Source: Flavobacteriaceae bacterium
GTDB lineage: Bacteria > Bacteroidota > Bacteroidia > Flavobacteriales > Flavobacteriaceae
Assembly: GCA_009926065.1 (NCBI GenBank)
Contig: RFPP01000002.1
Location: 29,713 to 93,712 of the forward strand
Length of the DNA: 64,000 nt
Direction of reading: 5' to 3'
The position numbers were made by a program, and so were the translations under genes. Shown in pieces: positions 58,516 to 64,000 of this stretch (positions are counted from its first letter, which is position 1; every line of letters begins with the position of its first letter). Below the pieces are notes generated by a model. The model was not told where the DNA came from. It worked only from the letters and a program-made list of their open reading frames with translations, and did not search any database.

Positions 58516-60516
58516 TTATGATTCTACATTTATACTTCTAATTTGTTTTAGTTTTTCTTTCCAAACTTCAAGTGTTTCTTTTTGAATTTCAATGTTCTTT
58601 CTAACTTCTAATACAATTGAATTTTCTTTCTTCGCATTTTTAGTATTTGTAAAAAACTGAATATTATTTTCTAATTGAAAAATTTCATTTTGTACTTCAT
58701 CAATTTTACGCATGATGAATATCTTTTCATTTTCAATTTTTCGAGTATCATTAGATTCAGATAAATTACCAACTCTATTTGAAAATCGAGCCATTTCAGT
58801 TTCTTTTTTGCTTAAACTCAATTTTTCAAATAAGGCATCTAATATTTTATTAAATTTTCCTTCTATATGGCGTCTTGTGTAGGGTACTTTTCCGAGAGAT
58901 TTCCAATTTTCAATATGCAATTTTATAGCTTCTAAATCTGCTTTGTGTTCACCAATTAGTTCGAATTCTCTGAGTTTTTCTAAATATGCTTTCTTTTTCT
59001 CAAATGATTCAATTTCTTCCGAATTAGATTCATTTTTTTGAGCTTTTAAAACTTCAAAATAATGATTACAAGCATCTTTAAATTCAGACCAAATAGAATC
59101 TGAATATTTTCTTGGTACATGTCCAATCAATTTCCATTCTTCTTGAATTTTTTTCATTAAAGGAGTAGTAGCTGCAAAATCCTCACTTAATTGAAGTTCT
59201 TTTGCTCTTTTAACTAATTCCATTTTCTTGATTAAATTCTCTTGCTGTTCTTTTTTAATTTCCTTATAAAACGAATTTTTAAAACTATTAAAATTACGGA
59301 CTGCAGTTTTAAATTCATTCCAAATACTGACATTAACTTCGGCGGGAACTTTCCCTGTTTTTAAAAAGGCAGCTCTTAGATTTTCAACTTTATTTATTTG
59401 TGATTGCCACTGACTATGTGAATGAACTTTTTCTTTAGCCAAAACTTCAATCTGTGAAATTATATCTTTTTTATATTCTAAATTTTCTTTTTCTTTTGAT
59501 CGTTGCTCTTCGGATAACAATTCACGTTTATCGTGCATTAATTTGGTTAATTCACTGAATCGATTCCAAATTTCTTCACGATGTTCTCTTGAGACAGGAC
59601 CAATATCTTCTTTCCAAATTTTGTGTAAATCTTGTAATTCACGGAAAGCTTTACTAATATCTACTTCACCTATTAATTCTTCAACTCGTGAAATTATTTT
59701 AAGTTTTTGTTCTAAATTGTATTTGAAATCAAGGTCCCTAGCTTCACGATCTAAGTGTAAATAATCGTAAAAATTTTCAACGTGAAAATGATAATTATTC
59801 CAAACGTGATTGTATTTATCTTTGGGTATTGGTCCAGCATTTTTCCAACGCTCTCTTAATTCGTTAAAATGTTTAAGGGTGTCTTTTATATTTTCTTGAG
59901 GATTTATTAAATCTTTTAATTCCTCAACTATAGCTAAACGAATTTCTAAATTGTTTTTTAAATTATTTTGTAAATTCTTAAAATGAACATTCTTTTTATC
60001 TCGATAGCTAGAATATAATTGATCAAATTTTGATTTTAATGGAAAATCATAATAAAAATTGTCTTTTGATTCCGAGTTCTCATTATTTAATTCTTCCTTT
60101 TTATCTTCAATAAATAGATAATATTTAGCTAAAAATGAATTTTTTATTTCTTCAATATGATCCTTAACAGACATTATCTTTTCGATACCACTTAATTTTT
60201 CCAATTCAGAAATCAATTCTTCCATTGTTAAGGATTCGTAATCCAACATAGGAATTTCATGACGTTCTTTAAGCGATTCATCTTCATTTTCAGCCGCATT
60301 TTCATTTTCGATAGCAGTAATAGCATCAATAGTTTGGTAATCTATCACATCCTTAAAATCTTTGATAGTTTCAATTTCAACCTCTGCAACTGGCTCCGTC
60401 TGGGCTTCATCAATTTGAAGTATTTCTCTTTGAATTACTTCTTGTGATTCAATTTCTAAATTTCCATCTGTCTCGTTTGATTGAACTGACAGGTTATCAT
60501 TCTTTTCTTCTAACAT
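58516..60516 (-). CDS. DUF349 domain protein
   Basis: Acidic N-terminus; repeated W...GP(I/V)P/S...W..F modules (WKNAGPIP, WKEDIGPVS, WKLIGHVP, WKSLGKVP). Confidence 0.85.
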   Translation of the reverse strand: MLEEKNDNLSVQSNETDGNLEIESQEVIQREILQIDEAQTEPVAEVEIETIKDFKDVIDYQTIDAITAIENENAAENEDESLKERHEIPMLDYESLTMEELISELEKLSGIEKIMSVKDHIEEIKNSFLAKYYLFIEDKKEELNNENSESKDNFYYDFPLKSKFDQLYSSYRDKKNVHFKNLQNNLKNNLEIRLAIVEELKDLINPQENIKDTLKHFNELRERWKNAGPIPKDKYNHVWNNYHFHVENFYDYLHLDREARDLDFKYNLEQKLKIISRVEELIGEVDISKAFRELQDLHKIWKEDIGPVSREHREEIWNRFSELTKLMHDKRELLSEEQRSKEKENLEYKKDIISQIEVLAKEKVHSHSQWQSQINKVENLRAAFLKTGKVPAEVNVSIWNEFKTAVRNFNSFKNSFYKEIKKEQQENLIKKMELVKRAKELQLSEDFAATTPLMKKIQEEWKLIGHVPRKYSDSIWSEFKDACNHYFEVLKAQKNESNSEEIESFEKKKAYLEKLREFELIGEHKADLEAIKLHIENWKSLGKVPYTRRHIEGKFNKILDALFEKLSLSKKETEMARFSNRVGNLSESNDTRKIENEKIFIMRKIDEVQNEIFQLENNIQFFTNTKNAKKENSIVLEVRKNIEIQKETLEVWKEKLKQIRSINVES

Positions 60517-60653
60517 TTTTAAAATGTTTAAGGTTTATAATTTTAAAGCACGAAAGATAACAAAACACTAATCAAAATTCAAAGTTTTTTTTTAATTTAA
60601 ACATTTTTAAGAAAAAAAAGTAGGTAAATTACGCTATTATTTAAATATAGGTA

Positions 60654-61394
60654 TCAAATACCCCAAATTTCCCAAGATTTTTCGGCTTGAATTGTTAACA
60701 TTTCCAAGCCATTTTTTATAACCGCACCTTGTTCCTTTGCTTTTTTTAGAAACAAGGTTTCTGCGGGATTGTAGATTAAATCAAAAGCTATATGTTTTGG
60801 AGTGAAATTTTCATAAGGGATTTCGGGACAAGAATTGGTATTTGGAAATGTACCTAAAGGAGTGCAATTAATGATTATATGAAATTCTTCAAATGTTTTT
60901 TCGTTTACTTGGTTGTAACCAATTGCATCAACATTAGTGCTTCTAGACACTAATAAATAGGGAATCTCTAATTGTTTTAATGCATAAGCTACTGCTTTTG
61001 AGGCTCCTCCAGTTCCTAAAATAAGTGCTTTTTTGTGATTTACATTTAATAATGATTTTATTGATTTTTGGAATCCAATGTAATCGGTATTAAACCCTTT
61101 TAATTTTCCTGATTTTGAAATTTTTATTGTATTTACTGCTCCAATTTCAGTTGCTATTTTTGATAATTTATCTAAATATGGTATTATAGCTTCTTTATAG
61201 GGTATAGTTACATTTAGTCCACAAATATTTCGATTTTGTTCTATATATTCAGGGAATTCTTCTATTTTTTGAAAGTCTAAATTTTCATAAGAAAAATCTA
61301 CTAAATTTAATTTTTGAAATTTATCAATAAAATAGCTTTTTGAAAAAGAATAATTGATATCTTTTCCAACTAATCCAAATTGGTATTTTGTCAT
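60654..61394 (-). CDS. aroE: Shikimate dehydrogenase
   Basis: YSFS, NVTIPYK, GAVNT, NTDY, LGTGGAS, DLIYNP, NGLEML. Confidence 0.93.
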   Translation of the reverse strand: MTKYQFGLVGKDINYSFSKSYFIDKFQKLNLVDFSYENLDFQKIEEFPEYIEQNRNICGLNVTIPYKEAIIPYLDKLSKIATEIGAVNTIKISKSGKLKGFNTDYIGFQKSIKSLLNVNHKKALILGTGGASKAVAYALKQLEIPYLLVSRSTNVDAIGYNQVNEKTFEEFHIIINCTPLGTFPNTNSCPEIPYENFTPKHIAFDLIYNPAETLFLKKAKEQGAVIKNGLEMLTIQAEKSWEIWGI

Positions 61395-61401
61395 TCAAAA
61401 A

Positions 61402-62796
61402 TTATTTTAAACTTTTATTGATTGCATTTTGTACCATTTTACGGGACCAAACTACTGGGAATAATTTTTCAAGTAGAGTATTATTACTAAAACTTAACCT
61501 TAGTCCGTTACTTAAATGGAAAATTGCTTTAGTATTATCGTGAATCATGAAATACAATCCTGCTAAACGGTATTCTACTTCATATTCTTCTGGGAAGTAT
61601 TCTGAAGCTTGTAACAACGCATGAATTGCGCTTTCAAATTCTCCTAAAAACTGAAGAATATCAACCCAAAATAACCATGTATCTAATTGGTAGTCTCCAA
61701 ATTCAACAGCTTTTCTATAGCCAAATTCAGCTTCTTCAAATAAATTTAGTTCTTTATTTATAGTTGCAAAACGCTTCCAATAAAAACGATTTTGGTTATC
61801 TATATTTAGTGCTTTATTTACATAATAAAGTGCCTTTTCGAATTTTTTTTGTCTAACGTAAAAATCTGTTATTGCAATCCAACCTTTATCCAATAAAGGG
61901 TCTTCGTGAACAGTTTTATTGAAATATTTAATTGCTAACGATTTTTTTCCTAGTTTTTCATAACATTTCCCCATTCTTAATAAAGCATAGGAAGTAGGTT
62001 CGTCCAATTCAATTGTTCTGGTGTAACTTTCTATAGCTTTTTCATACATTTTTAGTCTTTCGTATGTTTTGGCTTTTTCCATGTATGCTCCCAGAAATTC
62101 ATCATCTATTAAGGTTGCATATTCAAAAGCACGAAGTGCTTCTTCGTATTTTTTTAAACCGTAATTCAACCTTCCAATTTGGTGCCAAGCAATTTCACTG
62201 TAAGGATTCTTGTTGGTATATTTGGTAAGATATTCTATTGCTTCTTCGTTTTTATCCAAAAATTCAAAGCAATAAACCACATTATATAGTGCTGCTTGGT
62301 CTTCAGTATCTTCTTCTAAACACTTAATAAAATTATCTTTGGCTAATTCTAATTTATCCATGAAAAGGTATTCCATTCCAATTAAATTATAAACATCTGC
62401 ATAATCATCAGTATATTTTAAGGCAATTTGAAGAAGTTCTACGGCTTTTTCGTGGTTGTCTTTTTTTGAATAAATGTTGGCTTTTTGAATATAAATTTCT
62501 TCATTGGTTGGTTCTATTGCATACAATTCGTTAAGTAACTTTTCAGCAAGATCTAATTTATCTTCAAAAACTAGCATTTCTACTTGAACTAATTTTAATC
62601 CGGTGGATCTTGGGTGCTGTTCCAAAGCTAATTTAAGGGCTTTTTTTGCCAAAGCTGACTTTCCCATGTCAAGGTAGTGAAGAATAATTTCTTCAAATTC
62701 TTCGGAATCAAAAAAGAGTACTTTGTTGGTTTTCAACATCGACTCAAACTTTAATAAGGATAATTTGTACTCGTCTTCTTCGTCGCTGATATGCAT
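61402..62796 (-). CDS. Tetratricopeptide repeat protein
   Basis: Multiple TPR-like units; conserved Bacteroidota N-terminus FESMLKTNKVLFFDSEEFE. Confidence 0.88.
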   Translation of the reverse strand: MHISDEEDEYKLSLLKFESMLKTNKVLFFDSEEFEEIILHYLDMGKSALAKKALKLALEQHPRSTGLKLVQVEMLVFEDKLDLAEKLLNELYAIEPTNEEIYIQKANIYSKKDNHEKAVELLQIALKYTDDYADVYNLIGMEYLFMDKLELAKDNFIKCLEEDTEDQAALYNVVYCFEFLDKNEEAIEYLTKYTNKNPYSEIAWHQIGRLNYGLKKYEEALRAFEYATLIDDEFLGAYMEKAKTYERLKMYEKAIESYTRTIELDEPTSYALLRMGKCYEKLGKKSLAIKYFNKTVHEDPLLDKGWIAITDFYVRQKKFEKALYYVNKALNIDNQNRFYWKRFATINKELNLFEEAEFGYRKAVEFGDYQLDTWLFWVDILQFLGEFESAIHALLQASEYFPEEYEVEYRLAGLYFMIHDNTKAIFHLSNGLRLSFSNNTLLEKLFPVVWSRKMVQNAINKSLK

Positions 62797-62918
62797 GCTT
62801 ATTTTGTTTAATTTATCCTTTAATAAAGGTACATAATATTATTTCAATGTTAGAATTAGAGACTTTTTTTTGTGAACAATTTAATTAACAAAAAACAGTC
62901 TTATAATAAGTAATTTTT

Positions 62919-63003
62919 TAGCCCTGATAGAAGGGAAAATCCCTCAATATTGCTTAAGATGAAGCAATATTGAGGATTGGAAGGATAGCAGGAATAGCTT
63001 CTA
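62919..63003 (+). ncRNA. Structured intergenic repeat, copy D (probable Flavo-1 family)
   Basis: TAGCCCTGATAGAAGGGAAAATCC(C)TCAATATTGCTT-AAGATG-AAGCAATATTGAGGATTGGAAGGATAGCAGGAATAGCTTCTA. Confidence 0.72.
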
Positions 63004-63010
63004 AAATGAC

Positions 63011-64000
63011 TTAGATTTCTTTTAAGATTTCATCCATAACTTGAAGAATAATCGAGCATCCTTCTTCAATTTCGCTCTCTGAAATAGTGAGCGGCGGGGT
63101 AATTCTGATGGCGCAACCTTCAAATAACAACCAGAATAAAATGAGGCCTTTTTCTTGGCATTTTAGAATTACTTTGGTTGTGATATCAGGAGATTCGGTC
63201 ATGGCTGCCAACATTAATCCTTCCCCTCGAACTTCTTTTATTAACGGGTGAATTAGGTATTTTCTGAATATTTTTTCTTTGTGAATAGCATCTGACATTA
63301 AGGTGCTTTCGGTTAATTCTTGTAATGTTGCTAGGCAAGCAGCCGCAATTACAGGGTGTCCCCCAAAGGTGGTTATGTGTCCTAATTTAGGGTTATTGCT
63401 CAATAAATCCATATGTTCTTCGGAGGCTGTGAAACCTCCTACGGGCATTCCACTTCCCATTCCTTTTCCCATAATTACAATATCGGGAACGACATCGTAG
63501 TTTTGAAATCCGAATAATTTTCCTGTTCGTCCAAAACCGGGTTGGATTTCATCGAGAATCATTATGGCACCAACTTCGGTGCATCGGGCGCGAACTTTTT
63601 TTAGAAATCCATTGAAAGGTTGGATAAATCCTGCACCACCTTGAATAGTTTCTAAGATAATTCCCGCTGTTTTTGTGGTTATTTTCTGTAAATCGTCTTC
63701 ATTATTGAAGGTTATAAAATTGACATCAGGTACTAATGGTCGGAAAACTTGTTTGCGTTCTTCAAATCCCATTACGCTCAGCGAGCCCATTGTATTTCCG
63801 TGATAGGCATTATGGCAAGAAATTAATTGACTTCGGCCAGTAATGCGTCGTGCCAATTTTAATGCACCTTCAGTAGCTTCGGTTCCTGAATTTACCAAGT
63901 AGGTTTTTTTTAATGGAAAGGGAAGGTGATCGGCTAATAATTTACAAAATTCTACCGCTGGACTTTGAGAATATTCCCCGTAAACCATCACGTGTGAATA
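63011..64000 (-). CDS. Class-III PLP aminotransferase (acetylornithine aminotransferase-like), 3' part; start lies beyond the window
   Basis: NSGTEA, AYHGNT, ETIQG, LDEIQPGFGRTG, MGKGMG, TTFGGHP. Confidence 0.9.
   Translation of the reverse strand, partial: YSHVMVYGEYSQSPAVEFCKLLADHLPFPLKKTYLVNSGTEATEGALKLARRITGRSQLISCHNAYHGNTMGSLSVMGFEERKQVFRPLVPDVNFITFNNEDDLQKITTKTAGIILETIQGGAGFIQPFNGFLKKVRARCTEVGAIMILDEIQPGFGRTGKLFGFQNYDVVPDIVIMGKGMGSGMPVGGFTASEEHMDLLSNNPKLGHITTFGGHPVIAAACLATLQELTESTLMSDAIHKEKIFRKYLIHPLIKEVRGEGLMLAAMTESPDITTKVILKCQEKGLILFWLLFEGCAIRITPPLTISESEIEEGCSIILQVMDEILKEI

Noticed and set aside
9204-63003. Repeats as a CRISPR array or tRNA genes
   Set aside because: Copies are dispersed many kb apart, have no spacers or cas genes, and lack cloverleaf/TTC-loop features.
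37242-63500. Remaining short ORFs (37242, 40126, 43642, 48061, 50205, 51108, 53730, 56548, 59543, 60259, 63303)
   Set aside because: All overlap longer, motif-supported genes and show no recognisable domain.

Overview
Strongly AT-rich chromosomal segment from a Flavobacteriaceae bacterium, almost certainly Flavobacterium. The assignment rests on the conserved secA-DUF2795-pduO and rpmB-rpmG-DUF4295/bL38-ftsY gene orders, T9SS C-terminal sorting domains, TAnnTTTG promoter boxes and the absence of Shine-Dalgarno sites. Most of the window is housekeeping: secA (partial), 2-oxoacid dehydrogenase E2, cinA, ftsY, ndk, bshC, rimO, ctaA, cca, tsaC, dapD, ruvX, def, mazG, aroE and a partial class-III aminotransferase. 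No tRNA, rRNA, CRISPR array, transposase or phage gene could be supported. Four accessory signals stand out. (1) At 21.6-25.3 kb a six-gene envelope cluster encodes a periplasmic ankyrin, a T9SS-secreted DOMON protein with Met/His heme-ligand positions, a membrane-anchored OB-fold protein, a DUF5777-type beta-barrel, a CxxCH lipoprotein cytochrome c and a YceI protein; together these look like an uncharacterised trans-envelope heme/redox system. (2) Four copies of a 68-85 nt structured intergenic element (probably Flavo-1 family) show covarying base pairs, an invariant bulged C and TA at both ends. (3) A 12-kb surface-glycan region contains a ColD-like His-for-Lys dehydratase and a GT87/GtrB/deacetylase cassette. 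(4) An Hpt protein has Asn in place of its expected phosphoacceptor His. All family assignments are by motif recognition and recall; no database searches were run.
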